Below are positions 9,334 to 23,036 of a stretch of 64,000 nt of DNA, piece after piece. A program made the position numbers and the translations under genes. The notes beneath the pieces were generated by a model. It was not told the origin of the DNA and made no database searches. It was given only the letters and a program-made list of their open reading frames with translations. The stretch is from contig JAHLWZ010000222.1 in assembly GCA_020536535.1 (NCBI GenBank), positions 1 through 64,000 of the forward strand. Reading direction: 5' to 3'. Source of the DNA: Pelomyxa schiedti (taxonomy: Eukaryota; Protista; Evosea). Every line of letters starts with the position of its first letter. Positions within the stretch are counted from its first letter, which is position 1.

Positions 9334-12300
9334 TTAATGCTTTGTTCCACGTGCAGTGGTTTTGGACTTTGTTGTTGGTTGGCTGGGATTGTGTGTCTCA
9401 GAATAAGGGTCTGTCTCAACATCACCAGTTTCAATGAGCACGAGCAGATGCTCCGTTGATGAAATCTCCGGGTTGGGGAAGTTGGGAATGGGCCTGAGTA
9501 GGGCCGTGCCAGTGGCATCGTCAATAAAAACCCGCACTATTGCTGTATTCCCTGTCTCTGTGGCCGGTGGTGCTGGAGGTGTGCCATGACGCGGGCTGAT
9601 AGCACACTGTGGGGAGAGGGAGCGGGAGCGGGAGGAATTGGAGCGGGGGCGGGAGGAGTGAGAACCGTATCTGGAACTGGAGCGGGAACGTGAGCATGAA
9701 CGGGAGCGCCTTGAAGGGTGATGAATGGAGTGAGGGGATGAATGGGAGTGACGGTTTTGAGAAGAGTTACGGCTTTTGGAAGTATTTCTTGTCCTGAGTG
9801 TGGTGGTTGGTGGGGGAGCAGCAGCCGGTTTCTTCTTGGTCCAACTGAAAAATCTATCCTGGAGATGCTTGCACACAGCAAGAGTCAAGCGTGTGTGCTT
9901 GTCAATTCGTTTGAGCATATCGCGGATATCACGTGTTTCGACTTTCTTGTTCTTGCACTCAATTGTGATTATCCCACCGTCTATTTTGATGTCGGTGTGT
10001 TCTGCGTTCGGCACGCGTTTCAACGTGCTGAGTTTCAACCCCGCGAGTGCACACAACGCTGTGGGCCATTCACAGTTTGGGGGTGGCATGAACCCAACCC
10101 CTGGGAAGAAGAAATTGACAGCAGCAGCACTTGCGTAATCACCTCCAGCAGAGGCCCCAACACCAGAATGGTCACTGCCAGTTTTTGTTGGTGTTGACGG
10201 TGAAGGAGGAGGGGTGAGGAGCTGACAGAACTGGTGGAGTAGCGGGTGAACTTCAATTTTTGCTGGTGGCTGTGTGGGGTTCCAGGTTCCATCCTTCGTT
10301 TTTGGTTCTCGGAGGAGGTGCCTCAAAAAGAAGCCAAGGAATTCTGTTGAATTCAAGCCTTGCTTTGAGAACCCAATGCTGCGTGATGCGGCACATGCAG
10401 CAACACCAGCCAACTGCTCGAGGTAATTCGCACTTGAGGCTGGTGCCGAGGCATTGCTGATTGCTGTGCACCCACACGTGGGGTGAGTCGCGTCATAAAA
10501 GGCCACTCGGGCTGTGGTTGCATTCCCGAACTTGTTGAAAAATGGTGCAAACTTTTGGGTTCCCAACAGAGACAAGTGGAGCCAAAGTTCTTCATTGGGG
10601 TTTGGAAAGTAACTGCTGGGGTTGAATATCCTCAATTTCCAGAGCAGTTCCCGAAATGTTGACAACTTCAATGTGTGCACACCTTCCTCGAGGTCAAGGT
10701 GTGCGAAATGCATCGCCACAAATTGTTGTTTGGCAGAAGTGGTCTCGTTCCGCTTTTGGCTCACTGCTGTGGGTTTCTTCTTCTCCTCGCTGTTTTGTCT
10801 TCTTCCGGTCTTATTTCTGTCATCATGCTCAGAAGACAAGGGAGCATGCGGGCAATTTTCAGGGCTTTCAGGGAGGAAGTAGCAATCGGCACAGAACAGG
10901 CACACCTGTCCAGCCTTCCCAGGGCTGGTTCCCCGTATGGAGGGCTTGGAATTCAATGCCCACTTGAAAAGGTTGTTGCTCAGAATGTTAAGTAGTTCAG
11001 GTACGTTGTCAACCAGGTTTCGAAGGATGTTGCTGTTTTGTCTGCTGACAGACGAAGAGGTGGTGCTCGTGGCGATACTGCCAGTCGAGCTGCCGCGGCT
11101 GGCATCAACGGAAATGCTGCTCAGTGAATTGGGGTCACATCCACTTTTGTAGGAAGAACCCTTCAAGAGTGCGATTTCGCGGTCCATTTTCAAAATACAT
11201 CGAGAGATTGCAAGTGCAAAACGAGGTCTGGCAGTGTGGATGAGACACTCCAGAAAGGCAGAAACAGCTTTGTCTGAGGAAGAAATGTGATCAAGAACCG
11301 GGGTGACATCGGAAACGACCATGGGACAAATGGATGGTGACTTCTTGTGTACAAGAATGCACCATCGTTGTGGCTTCATGGAGCAAGATGAACCTGAAAT
11401 TTCGAGAGATCCAGCGAAGTTTGCGATGTTCACATCGGTGCCACAGAGGATCGGACACACTCCACACACACGCAGTGCATTCCTGATGAACAAGTGCTCC
11501 TTATCCTTCAAATTGGCCTCGTCAAGGAAAAAGTAGGGGCACTCAACTTTGGAAAGGTTTAGTGCTATCTTTCTGACATCGTCTGCCAAACACTTGTTTG
11601 AGAGTGTGACTGAAAAGGGTTCCTGGAATGCGCACCAAGGCCAGTCCATATCTCTGTGACTCAGCACCCACTTGACCCATGCGTGGGTCCATAGACTCTT
11701 TGACAATGATGCAGTGCTTATCCCCAACTTTGAACCACTGCAGATGCTCAACTGTTCGATTTCCTCCATGTCCTTCTTCACACATTTGAAGAGGGATTGG
11801 GTGAAAGATAAGAAAGGATAGAATATGAACTGCGATTCAGCCTTGTCCACCTTATCTTCGAATACTAAGGGAATGTATCTTTTCTGTTGTTACTAGAGAA
11901 GAGGGGGAAGGAAAAAGCACACATAGTTTTGCGTGGCAGGCCAAAAGCAAGTTGAGTTTTACCAACTCCCGAAGAGCCACAAACCAACACAAAAGGGCGG
12001 TGTTGAGTTTTGGTGGCACAATCCCGGCACTGTTGAAACGCTTCTTTCAGTGCCTTCAAGCTCGGATCGTTTCCTTTGAGTTGCTGGCCAATTTTTCTGT
12101 ACTGTTCCACAGCTTTTAGGTTTTCCTCTGCCAAAAACAAACAAAAAAAAAAGGTGAGGAAATTCAGAGGCAGGGAAAATCGTACCTGGTTCTTGGCTGC
12201 ATTGAACTTCATGATTGATTCCTGGATTAGAGTGAGAAAATTGGTGAGAAATAGTTGGATATGGCAACCTGCTTGTCTCGCAGCCTGCATCGCTTTCAAC

Positions 12301-13292
12301 CGAGAAGCAAGCTGACCCTTCTGACTTTGCAAAAGTTCTATTGATGCTCTCAGTTCTCCCTCCGTTGCTGTTATATTACTTCCACAAGTTGCCAATTGAT
12401 TTGTGTAATTTGCTAGTTGGCCAGCCCAAAAAACCCATTGCTTTTTTGTCCATGCTAAACTGTCAACTAAACTCTGCCGCTGAGGATCTTGATTTGTGTG
12501 CTCCAACTGTATTCTTACAGCGGTGTTCTCATTTTCATCACTGTTCTGCCTGGCTCGTGTTTCTTTCTCTTTTGATTCTGTCACCAACTTTGTAATCTTT
12601 GATTCCAACTCTTGAACTTTGGCTTCCAAATCTTGAAGCCGGATTTTCGCCTCTTGTTCTGCCACTTCCAATTTTTTTTGCTTGGCTCTTGAGGCTATCT
12701 CTGCCTCTTCTTCCTTAATTCTCTGCTCAAGGTGTCGAATCTCCTTGTTGATCATTTCTGCATCAGCGGGGTCCTCGTCAGCAGCGACAACATCCACCCT
12801 GAGCCTAGCAGAGGAGGGATGTAAAACCCCAGTGGTGTGCTCAGAACCAGACATTTCCCCAGCTCTGCGGCGTTTGTTGTTCATGCTTCCATCACCACCA
12901 CACATGTGCATCTCGTTGGAGGAGGGGTCGGCGGCTCGTTTGCTAGGAAACGTAACCTCTTCGTCGTCTGTTGGAGTGGTTGTTGTTGCAATCACCACTG
13001 CCCCTTCTCGAGTTCTAGAACGACGACGCGAAACCGAACGCCGACGGGTGCGGGAGCGATGTCGGGGGCTGCGAGAGCGGCTGTGACGAGACCGCGAACG
13101 CGAACGCGAACGGTGACGGCTACTGCGATGATGGCGATGACCATGGTCGTTGTGGTGACCCTTGTTGCAATGGTGACGACCGTGGTTGCGACTACGTCTA
13201 TAACCATGGCTGCGACGGCGGTTGCCGTACGATGAGTCAGAACCCGATCCCCGCTGCGGGTTTATTGTATCAGTTAACTTCACTTCGGCCAT
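9334..13292 (-). CDS. Crinkler (CRN)-like protein: RS/His-rich N-terminus, coiled coil, P-loop NTPase, PD-(D/E)xK-type nuclease
   Basis: Walker A GSSGVGKTQLAF, then an intron at ~11879-11922 joining to 'IYIPL...SQFIFYPF...FKCVKKD'. Walker B FFLDEA, sensor CGTD, and REase-like 'LEQL...TDIKIDGGIITIECKN'. Confidence 0.7.
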
Positions 13293-13486
13293 ACCCTCAA
13301 GTATTTTTTACTAAAAAATTCACCGGTCCCTGGAGCAGTCCCTGTGGAAGGGAGAAAGGAGTTTTGTTTTTGACAAAACTCCTGGTCCAGCAAAAGCGGT
13401 AGTGAGTACCAAAGTTGATGATCTGAATACTGGACTCCAAACTGGAGGTTCCCTAACCAAGTTGGATATTTTCAAAAAACCCATAC

Positions 13487-14538
13487 ATGGCTTCCAACAA
13501 CTCCAACATCATTCTCCAGTGCATTGACCCACCATACAGATGCGCAGTTGCAGACCTCATAAATACAGTCGAAGCCAACCCAACCTATGTCAACGTAACC
13601 GTGCCTACGCACAATCAATTCCACACACTCATGGCATGACAACACAACAACTTAGGTCCCCAATGTGTACGGGTGGACACCTCTTCGATGCGCAGTGTCT
13701 CTGTGGTGCGAAGCTGACGCCCTTCACCTCGCGACAGCACTTCTTCGATGTGGAGCAAACGCCAGGATGGCGAGCACCAAGGGGTTGCTGAACCCCGTGC
13801 ATGAAGCGGCTCGCAAAGGACGCTTGGAACTGATCAAGGCGTTTGCCGCGCACGACCCCACTTTGATGGAAACGGAAGCTGGTGGGGGTTTGCGTGCCTT
13901 GCACTATGCTGTGGAGTCAAAGAATTTGGCGTTGGTGCAGTATCTGGTCGAGGTGCTGCATGTTAATGTGGAAAGTGGGAGTGCGGTGGGGCTGAGGCCG
14001 TTGCACTACGCTGTGGAATCTAAGAAAATGGAGATCCTGCAATATCTAGTGGAGCATGCTAATGTGGACGTTCAGGCTCTAACTACGGATAACAACTCAT
14101 GCTTACACTATGCTGGGGCTGTGGGCTGGAAGGAAGCTTTTACTTATTTGGAGAACCGCGGAGTCCAGGCCAACACCTTCAACAGCAATGGTGGGTTCTA
14201 TCTATCAATCCACTGTTCGTTATAGCCAATTAACCTCAAGCTACACAGGTTGGACAGCATACGGAAAATTATGCGCTCCTCTTGTGCGCAAACATTTGGA
14301 ACAACTTAAAACTTTTGTTGGACCGACTCTTTCCAAACTCAGTGCACTTACAATTATGACACTGGTCCCAGTGGGCACGGAGGAGGTACTTTCAAGCAAA
14401 CTTCAATCAATTCATTGATAAAAGGCATTCTTGGCTGAGATGAAGGCACTGCCTCCAGGCAGTTCATCCACCGCTGTTTGGAGACATTTCCTCTTCAACC
14501 AAGTCTGGCACGCCTATAAGCATGGTATACACCTATGA
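13487..14538 (+). CDS. Ankyrin-repeat protein with SOCS/BC-box-like C-terminus (paralog A)
   Basis: Ankyrin repeats PVHEAA, ALHYAV, PLHYAV, CLHYAG, and 'PTLSKLSALTIM'. Close paralog of 52447-53417. Confidence 0.8.
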
Positions 14539-15181
14539 TAGTGCTATTTTCGGCACTACACTTCTAATGTTCAACAAGGCAAAACAGGAAAAAGTATCAC
14601 TTTATTTAAGGTCACCCTTAATCAGACTTCTTCTGTTTCCCGTCCCTCTTAGCCTGTCGTGCTTCATAGGCTTTTTTGGTGTTTTTGGCCATTGGTCTGC
14701 AACCCTCACGGAAATCGTTGTGGAACTTGATGCGTACTTGCCTGTTGGAAAGGAAACATTGGTTGGTGATGCTCGTGCTTTGAACAAAAAGGGAGAAAGC
14801 TTACTTGAGGTAACGCATTCTTCCTGTTCCGGTTGTTCTGCGGCGTAGTGCTTTGTGGCTCCAGTGGTCTTGTGTATGGAATGTGGGAGTGGAGGTGGTT
14901 TTGTTTGTTGTTGTTAGATTTCATAGAAGAAGTCACTGAAAGTGAGGAACGGGTGTCGTAAAAAGATTAAGAAGAGAGAATTACATTTGCGCATGCGAGC
15001 AGCGGGGTATCCACATGATGCACACTTGTTGTGCTGAATGTGGAACGATCTCCTGCCGCACCTCAAGCACAACCTGTGGGTCTTGTTGTGTCGCTTACCA
15101 AAGCTAGGTGTGCCCTTGCCCTACACCCCCCAAAAACAACAAACACCCTGCCGTGAGTCTCAAAAAAAAAAAAAAAAAAAA

Positions 15182-15191
15182 NNNNNNNNNN
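15182..15191. other. Assembly gap flanked by poly-A tracts
   Basis: Run of N. Confidence 1.
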
Positions 15192-15485
15192 ATTCACATT
15201 CAGTCAATTCCCCGAAAACATCCAAGCACAACTACCAATTCAAAAAAAAAAAAAAAAAAAGTGGGTGCAGAGCGTGATGGGGTGTGTCATTAGCAGTGTC
15301 GCAGATCCGGCACGCGACAAACCATTTGTGGGACGGATCGATACTGCTAGGACAGAGAAAAAATAGCGATCAAAACAACGAAACGCAGAAATTTTGCACA
15401 GTACGTCAGTTGCTCAACTGCCCTAAATCCTGTTTTAAGTGAGAGGGTTTCTATTCTAATGATAAAGGGAACAATTTGATCGCCA

Positions 15486-17743
15486 ATGTACCGCGACATT
15501 TTACCTGGTCGCTTCAGTTGTCATTTGGAATACGGCAATGCCCTGGCTGCATTTTTGTCAAAATATAGCCTGTTGTTCGACTTTGACGCGAGATCTGCAT
15601 CTCCTGTGGACCAGAAGCCAGTTTGACGCTCTCCTTGCCTCACTTAATGTGACATCGTTCATAGGTTCATATTTTGATCGACAACGGGTGGGAGGCGAGG
15701 GTACCGAAAGAGTGGAGGTCTTTTTTCGAGGGTCTGAGATCTGCTACTCCCACACACAATGATTTCACTCTTGGGCTCTTGGCACTGCAAAGAGGGGACG
15801 TCGATTCCTTGAACAAAGTGCACCCTGTACCTGAGTCACTAGTGCAGTACATGAATGAAGCCAAATCTCTTTTGCCTGCTGAAATCGCATGTGACAATGT
15901 GGAGGTACATGCATTGAATGTACAACAATCCTCTGCGACAGCAACGACGACTTCTACTTCCACTACAGAACCTACTGTTTCGACATCAAGTAGTGTTGAT
16001 CAACCACCCCAACCAGCCTCAGGAACAAGAAAGGGAAAAGGGAGAGGCAGTGCTCTACCTATAAAAGAAGGACAAAACTCTCCTGCATTTGGGTCCCTTG
16101 GTTTAATGTCTTTCAAGAAGAGACACGAAGTGGAACGTCTTGGAGGTCTTATTGTGAGGTTAGTGTGCAGTTCTTTTTTTCAAAATGTAATCCTATTAAT
16201 TCTCGCAGTGTTATAAAACAGACCAATGCAAATGTTGTAATAGACTTTGGTGCTGGGAAGGTAATATATTTCCTTTTTCAGAATACTAGCTGTTGTCAAT
16301 CTTTTATTCATACATGCTGAATTCCTGTTAGTAACAAATACATTGTATCCTCAAGGGATATCTGACGGGATATATCACATTAAATTGCCCGGACGTAATT
16401 GCTGTTGGTGTGGAAGCAGGGGATGCTCAGACAGAAGGCTTTCGAACGAGGGCAACAAAAGTCTGTACAAAAGTGACAATGAAACCACGAACAAAACAAA
16501 CCAAAGATGGAATCAAAACTGAGGAACCATGACCCCCACAATGCGTTTTCGTCATCAAGACTTATTATTATTCAAGACTATCTTCCCTTGACTATAGAAC
16601 CAAATCAATTCACAGAGATTGTAAAAAGGTAAAATTGTAGACTAAAGACAAACTCATTTTGAACTCAGACATCTCCCTCATATAACCGAAGTACGGTCCA
16701 TTCTAGTGGGACTTCATTCTTGTGGAGATCTATCACCTACAATCTTGAAGTTATTTTTGAACACAAGTTGCCATTTAGTATTTAGAATTTCTGTTCATAC
16801 ATAACAGATGCTGTGGCCACCGTTTCTGTAGGGTGCTGTTATCACTTGGTATGCGATCCTCCTTGTGACCCTTGTGCCAGTTTGTTTATCATCGAACTAT
16901 AGCTTTCAGAGGGGCGTGGAACTCCATTGAGCAAATTTTTCACACTAGGTCCTACTAAACTTGACTTCCATCTCTGCACAGGCAGGTAAGCACTTACACA
17001 GTTATGTTATCTATCTAACAACACCGGAAAGGCATATCGCGGCTAATCCAGTCCCGCAGCATCAAACTGCTTCAGAATTACAGCAAATGGTGAGGTCACA
17101 AAGTTTCCGGGCTGGACTGGAATCGTTCTTGTACATGCTAATAGGAGGGCACCCCGAGACACACCGCCCCATGGTCCATTTTCTCGGTAGACATACATTA
17201 ACTAGCTATTAACTGAACTTGCCAAGGTAAAACGCCAGAAAAACTACTATACAATTTTGACCTCTATGCTGAGCATTCATTAAAGAGGTTGCTGAGACCT
17301 GCCACCAAGAACGAATCTTGGCCTGAAGCTTACCGGTACCTTTCTGTTGTTCCAACTTACTTCATACTCACTGCTAGTACAGAGTCCAATTAACTACCAA
17401 AGTGACAGGGCTCCTTTCTACTCCTAGACCTGAACTTCTAGCTCAACTCCGAGATTTCTACCAAACACTATCTCCCACTACCTCACAAACTCTTTTTCAC
17501 GTGGAGTGCTTTGCGGCACTGAGGCACCTGATAGGCCCACTGCTCGAGGCTCTGATTCTAGTAGACCGCGCACTGTATCTCAACGAGAACTGCAGCACAG
17601 GCCCCACACCCCTCACTCAGCCGGCGCAACTTCTCCAGCTGTTCAGCCCATCAGTATCCCCCAGGCGCATCGCACTCGTTGCCACCAAACAACCCCCTCC
17701 CTCTTCTCCTGAGGAGGAGCAACCAGATGAGCACCACTCTTAA
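15486..17743 (+). CDS. METTL25/RRNAD1-like methyltransferase (spliced)
   Basis: MSFKKRHEVERL, VIDFGAGKGYL, VGLHSCGDLS, VGCCYHL, LEALILVDRALYL, LFSPSVSPRRIALVA. Confidence 0.85.
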
Positions 17744-17827
17744 ACCACGTGGAATCACCAACTTGTCTTCGCAGCCACGAAAGTGAAGGAATCCTGCACT
17801 TTCTAGAAAAAAGAAACAAAAACCAAA

Positions 17828-19034
17828 ATGTCCACAGAGGAACATGGCACAACACCCAGCACGAGGAGTGAAAACCAGGAGGAGATAGCTTCCTTTTTTA
17901 CTGATCACTTGGAGGCACCAACACAACTCACAACACAAGCCACACCACCGGCAGCCGATCACGCGACGAAGTGCACGACGGAGGTCGTCGCAGCCACGCC
18001 GTCTTATGTGGGTCAGCCTCCGGCAGAGACGGACACATCGAGTCAACGCGCAACGGAACCGACTTTGATTGTCGACGGTGTTGCTGCCTGTGAAGCAAAG
18101 CCAACTGCCATTACTGAGGAATTGGTGGCACCACAACAGCCACGCGCACCAACCTCAATTGGGGCCGCCGAATCGATTGTTGCGCGTGTGTTCTCTGCGC
18201 TCAAGACACCAAAGCCTGATTTTGAGAATGAGGACGTTTCGGTGAGGAAACAGCAATTGAGTTCGGCTGTGCCTTCTCTTCAGGATGCTGAGAGAACCAA
18301 GTTGGAGTGGGCTGTACCTGAGGGGCTGAAACCTGGTTTATTTCTTTCTTTGTTGGGGGATAACATCTAAGTAGCAGTCTAGTTTGTTCTCTGCTCCTTT
18401 GGAAACAGCCTATCAAAACAACCGGAATTCTCTTGCTTGTACAACTGTTCTTTTATTACATCCTTTGGTCGCAGTATACTCTGTTGACGTTGGTGTGCCG
18501 CTTTCATCTTGCCATTCTGCTGGCTTTTGCTGTTCATGTCTATGGCAACAAATTTGCAGTCGCGTATCTAGGATTTGAACCAAGGGCAAAAGAGTGAGTA
18601 CATTGCCCTCAACCTCACTCTTAGTTTCTATAGGAATCTTCACTCCACTCCATTAACTCAGGAGACACTAAAAGAACTTATTGCGCCTATCCTGGCAGTC
18701 ATTGATACGTTTTTGCAGTACGCTGTCAAAGTGTTCTACTTCAAAGAGCCCAGACACTCTTTTGGGGTTTTTTCATAATTACAACACCAACCACACTTAT
18801 CTTCCCATGTAGGCTTTTGTTACTTTGTATATCGCCTCCAAGATTGGGAAACACTTCAGTGGGGTTACCCTTGCCTACTGTTTTACATTGTCCTTGTTCA
18901 TGTTACCTCCACTTTACATGCGGTACAAGGATAAGGTAGACCGGAAGCTGTGGAATGTGTATGAACACCTGGAGGTGAACAAGATTAAACTACGCGAAGC
19001 TCTCCGTGGTGCCATTAAGAAGAAGTCACAGTAA
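17828..19034 (+). CDS. Reticulon-like protein
   Basis: Acidic/T-rich N-terminus, then LLLWKQPIKT, long hydrophobic segments, and 'LFMLPPLYMRYKDKVD'. Confidence 0.8.
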
Positions 19035-19084
19035 AAAAAGAAGTCTTCTTAAAATTTGTACATTTTTCAAGTGTGAAGGATTCC

Positions 19085-19812
19085 TTATAAGGATTCTATC
19101 CATGAACAAAGAGCCGCACAAGCACCAAAGAACAACAAGTCCACAATATAAAATTTGATGTGACTTCTGGCTATCAAGAGCATCTTCTTTAAAGTACTCG
19201 CCTTTTGCAGAAAGAAAATAAGCTTACGGTAAGCATAGAGTACACAACAGTAAAAAAAAAAAACAGAATAACGGAAAGCCAAACACAGCAAACCTTTTCC
19301 GGTAGTTCAGGCAAACAGAACAGGCTGAATCCAAAATAAGACCGGACCGCCATGAAGAAGAAAGCAACTACAAGCTCCACCAAAAGCCACCCACAAGTAA
19401 TAGTCGAGAGGGTCGCGGACCTCAGAACCGGCTTCCACCAAAAAGCAACCACGGTGCACACCACGAACATCCACCTCTGGACGGTGCTCCACAGCCCCAT
19501 CCCACGGTTCTCAGTCGCCCGATTTAGCAGTTTCCCCCAGCTCTGCGCCACCACGCTCGCGGCGTCGCTGCCGTCCGCGGCCCCGGCGCTTCCTTGCTGC
19601 TGATGGCTTTGTTGGGCTTGTTGTTGCTGTTGCTGCTGCTGGATGGCGGCTTGGGTGGCTTCGCGGAGTGCGTTGGCGTCGCTGCGGCCGCAGAGGTACG
19701 ACATTCGAGACTTCTCGCCTCCTAGAAGGGCCTTTCGCCTCCTCTCGCGTCTAGCAGCATCGGCAGCCGAGGGTGGTGCCCCTGTAGTATTGGCTTCCTC
19801 GTTGCCACTCAT
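19085..19812 (-). CDS. GET2/CAML-like ER membrane insertase receptor
   Basis: N-terminal AARRERRRKALL..EKSRMSYLCG basic motif, a linker, and about 3 C-terminal TM segments. Confidence 0.55.
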
Positions 19813-20022
19813 CCTTTCTTTTTTTTTGTTCTTTTCTGTTTTGGTGACTGGTCCTTCGGACAACAGAACTGGCAAGTCGGTAGACATCCGTCTGATGAAT
19901 GAAAGCACTCTAGGAGTGTTCTTCGGGTGTTGGACAGACTTCGGAAGGATCTGTGCCACTCCTGGAGTTCACCTTCCCCAGATAGGACATTCCAGGAAAG
20001 AAAAGCTCTAAAGAGAGTTCTG

Positions 20023-21588
20023 ATGGGGATTTGGTGGCCGATGGGGCGTTTCGTTTTGGCGGCGTGGGTGCTCGCCGCCTTGTACCTTACGTCATACACA
20101 ACTGCACAGTCCGACTCGGTCTCCAAATCTATTTCCAAGTCCACATCCATCTCACTGTCCTCTTCTGTTTCTTCCTCTTGGTATTGCTATTCCTACTTTT
20201 TAACTAAAAGTATGGTGTCATTTATGAATACTACAGGACAGAGCCTGAGTGCAAAGATAATGTCGAGTGCTTTTCTACTGCTAGTAAGTGTGACTACGAC
20301 AGCATGAAAGTTAATACACCCGCCTGTAATATGACGAAGCGCAAATGTTGTCCAAGAGGTCAGTGGTGCGTGGATGAGTTGTGCGCAAAAAGCAGCGAAG
20401 TAATTTCTTTTTTCCCTTAAAATCTTACTAACCTTTTTGCATTCAGGGTATGGAATGTGATGCCAACAAGACTTGCCTCCCTGATGGTACTGGCACACGT
20501 ATGACAACGTGTCACAAGGGGAAGTGCAGAACCCTTGTAAATGCTGGAGATGATTGTAGTGGTGACTACCTATGCTTTGGTAATTTAGTGTGTGAGGATG
20601 GAAAATGTGTTGGCAGGAAGGTCGGCGAGAATTGCACTGCTCCTTCCTCTGATGATCTCATGTTCCCTTGGAGGAGTATTGGAATGTCCTGTGAGTGGGG
20701 AGCTTTTTGCAACAAAGCTACCAAATTATGTACTGCATTCTTGACTGAAAACGCCACGTGTGCCCTTGGTGCAGGACAGTTGCCTTGTGGTACGGACATG
20801 CAATGTGATATGTCAACTCGCAAATGCACTAAGATTTTTACAAAGCCAGTGGGCAGTGTCTGCATTGCTGGCGTAGGCGCCCTGCTCACTTTTCACATTT
20901 CTCATTATTGTTTCAGGTAGCCCAAGGAGATGTTTTATGTGTTCCAGGAACAAGGTGTCTCAATGGCAAGTGCTCTGTGTATAACGGCTCAGTTGTACAA
21001 ATTGTGCCCCATCTTTTTCTTTCCATCTTATTTCCGAATTAAAACCTTTTAAGGAATGCAAAAACGACGACCAGTGCGATGGCGCCAATACCTGTGAATG
21101 TGATCCATACACTGGGAAGCATTACTGCACCGTCCAGAGGCAGTATGTGTGCCTCCCAGAAACCGCAAAGATGTTTGCCTGCTTTGCTGAGCATCAGTGC
21201 CCGAGTGCCTATATGTCCTTTTCGCAAAAGAGTTGCACGAGGAAGAACTGCCTAGACCAGCAGAATGATGCGTGTGTACTACACAATCAAGCACTTAATA
21301 AATAAAACAACCACTGGGTTCCGGATCGAATTCACATTCACACAAATGCACTCACTTCCCAACAGGTATGCCTGTAACCTATGCAACTACGATGCACCCT
21401 ACTACGGCGACTGTGTATCACAGCCCGCAAAAATCCACTACTGTGATGTACTAGAAACATGGCAGAGTTTGGCCATTGTTGGTGGTGTGGCTGGTACTAC
21501 ACTCCTTGCTATTGTGGTCATTGGCTCTGCTTGCTTGATAACTCGCTACAGAGCAAAGAAGAAGAACTATGACCAGTTTAGAGACTAA
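20023..21588 (+). CDS. Cys-rich type I membrane protein
   Basis: Signal peptide, repeated Cys modules (GDDC..C.GNL.C..GKC), C-terminal TM helix followed by RYRAKKK. Confidence 0.7.
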
Positions 21589-21853
21589 GAAAACCCAATA
21601 AAAAACTATAATAGAAACTTTATAAGGGAACAAAAACAAATTCGTTGTTTTAGAAGGCTGCCTATACCAACTCGATTATCGCTTCCGTGGTTCTTTTGTG
21701 GCTTCCAGTCCTTTGAAGAAAGGAAGGAATTAAAAAGAAGACCTGCAACTGCACCTTCCAGAAAAAAAGACGGTGAAGGTAATCAAAACCAGATCTTTTT
21801 GAAAATTCAAAAGAACAACGTGCGTGGTGGGGGCGAGGTAGATCGGGTTTACG

Positions 21854-22974
21854 ATGTCGGACAAACGCTACAATGTGTTTCCGACTCGAATGCACGTAAC
21901 AATTTACCGTGTTGTGAGTGTGCCTTGACAGCGTCTCGGTTTTCTTTCTTTTGCTTTTTTTTTTTGTTACTGTGGTCGTTGTACTGCTGTTTGGTGGAGT
22001 TTTTTTTCTGACTGCAGTAGGGCCCTTTCGTCGTACAAAATACGACTAAAAGGTGCCGAGAAAGGGCACTCTTTGTTGAAGAAGAAAAGTGATGCCTTGA
22101 CTGCTAAATTCCGAGCTATTCTGACACAAATTATCGACGTATCCCCCTTTCGTTAACGAAAATCTTCTTAAGCATTTCCACAGCAAAAAGAGCAGATGGG
22201 CTCCTTTATCAAAGCAGCTTCATTCACACTTTCCCAAGCCAAATATGCTGCTGGTGACATCTCGTATGTTGGGTGTTGTTGAGGCAAAAAACGGTAACCT
22301 GGTTCCAGGCAAACTGTTGTGGAAAATGTGAAACAAGCCACATTCAAAGTGAGATTGACACAAGAAAACATTGCTGGTGTACGACTACCTGTTTTCCAGG
22401 CAATTCACCCACAGGAAGGGCTGGGTACGCGCCAAGTTATATTTATGTGGTTCTCACGTGATATCTAGCTCAGGACCTTACCGGGCTGGGCAAGGGTGGT
22501 TCCAAGGTCAATGTCGCCCGCAGTGCTTACGTCAAGTCTTTGAAAGCCATCGTTCAGTTGGCCTCTTTGCAAGTATGTCTCGCCCAACGCTCTTTTTCCC
22601 AATGTAACAGTCTTCTTTCAGACAGCTTTCCTAACACTTGATGCTGTCATTAAAGTCACAAACCGAAGAGTAAATGCACTCCAGTATGTCGTTATACCTC
22701 GCATTGAGGGGACAATCCACTACATCAATGGCGAACTTGACGAGAGAGACAGAGAAGAATTCTTCAGGTAAGAAGAACTTGTTAAAACTTTCACTGTAGT
22801 AACTCTTTCTTTCCCAGACTGAAGAAGGTCAAGAACAAGAAGAAGCGTGATATCGCCAAGCGCGCCTCCGAACTCAAAAGCGTTGGTGTTGAGCTCGATG
22901 ACGACGGCAAGATTACAACTGCAGTGAAAAACTTGGTGGATAATCAGGAGGAAGAGGATAACATACTGTTTTGA
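21854..22974 (+). CDS. ATP6V1D: V-type ATPase subunit D
   Basis: VFPTRM|[60 protein letters not shown]. Confidence 0.95.
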
Positions 22975-23036
22975 AAAAATAAAATCTGTTTACTTTCTCT
23001 TGTTTTCGTTCAAAACTTAGTGGGTGTAGTGTTGGT

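Noticed and set aside
15330-15400. ACAGAGA followed by TAGC, reminiscent of U6 snRNA
   Set aside because: No U6 5' stem, internal stem-loop or matching downstream sequence.
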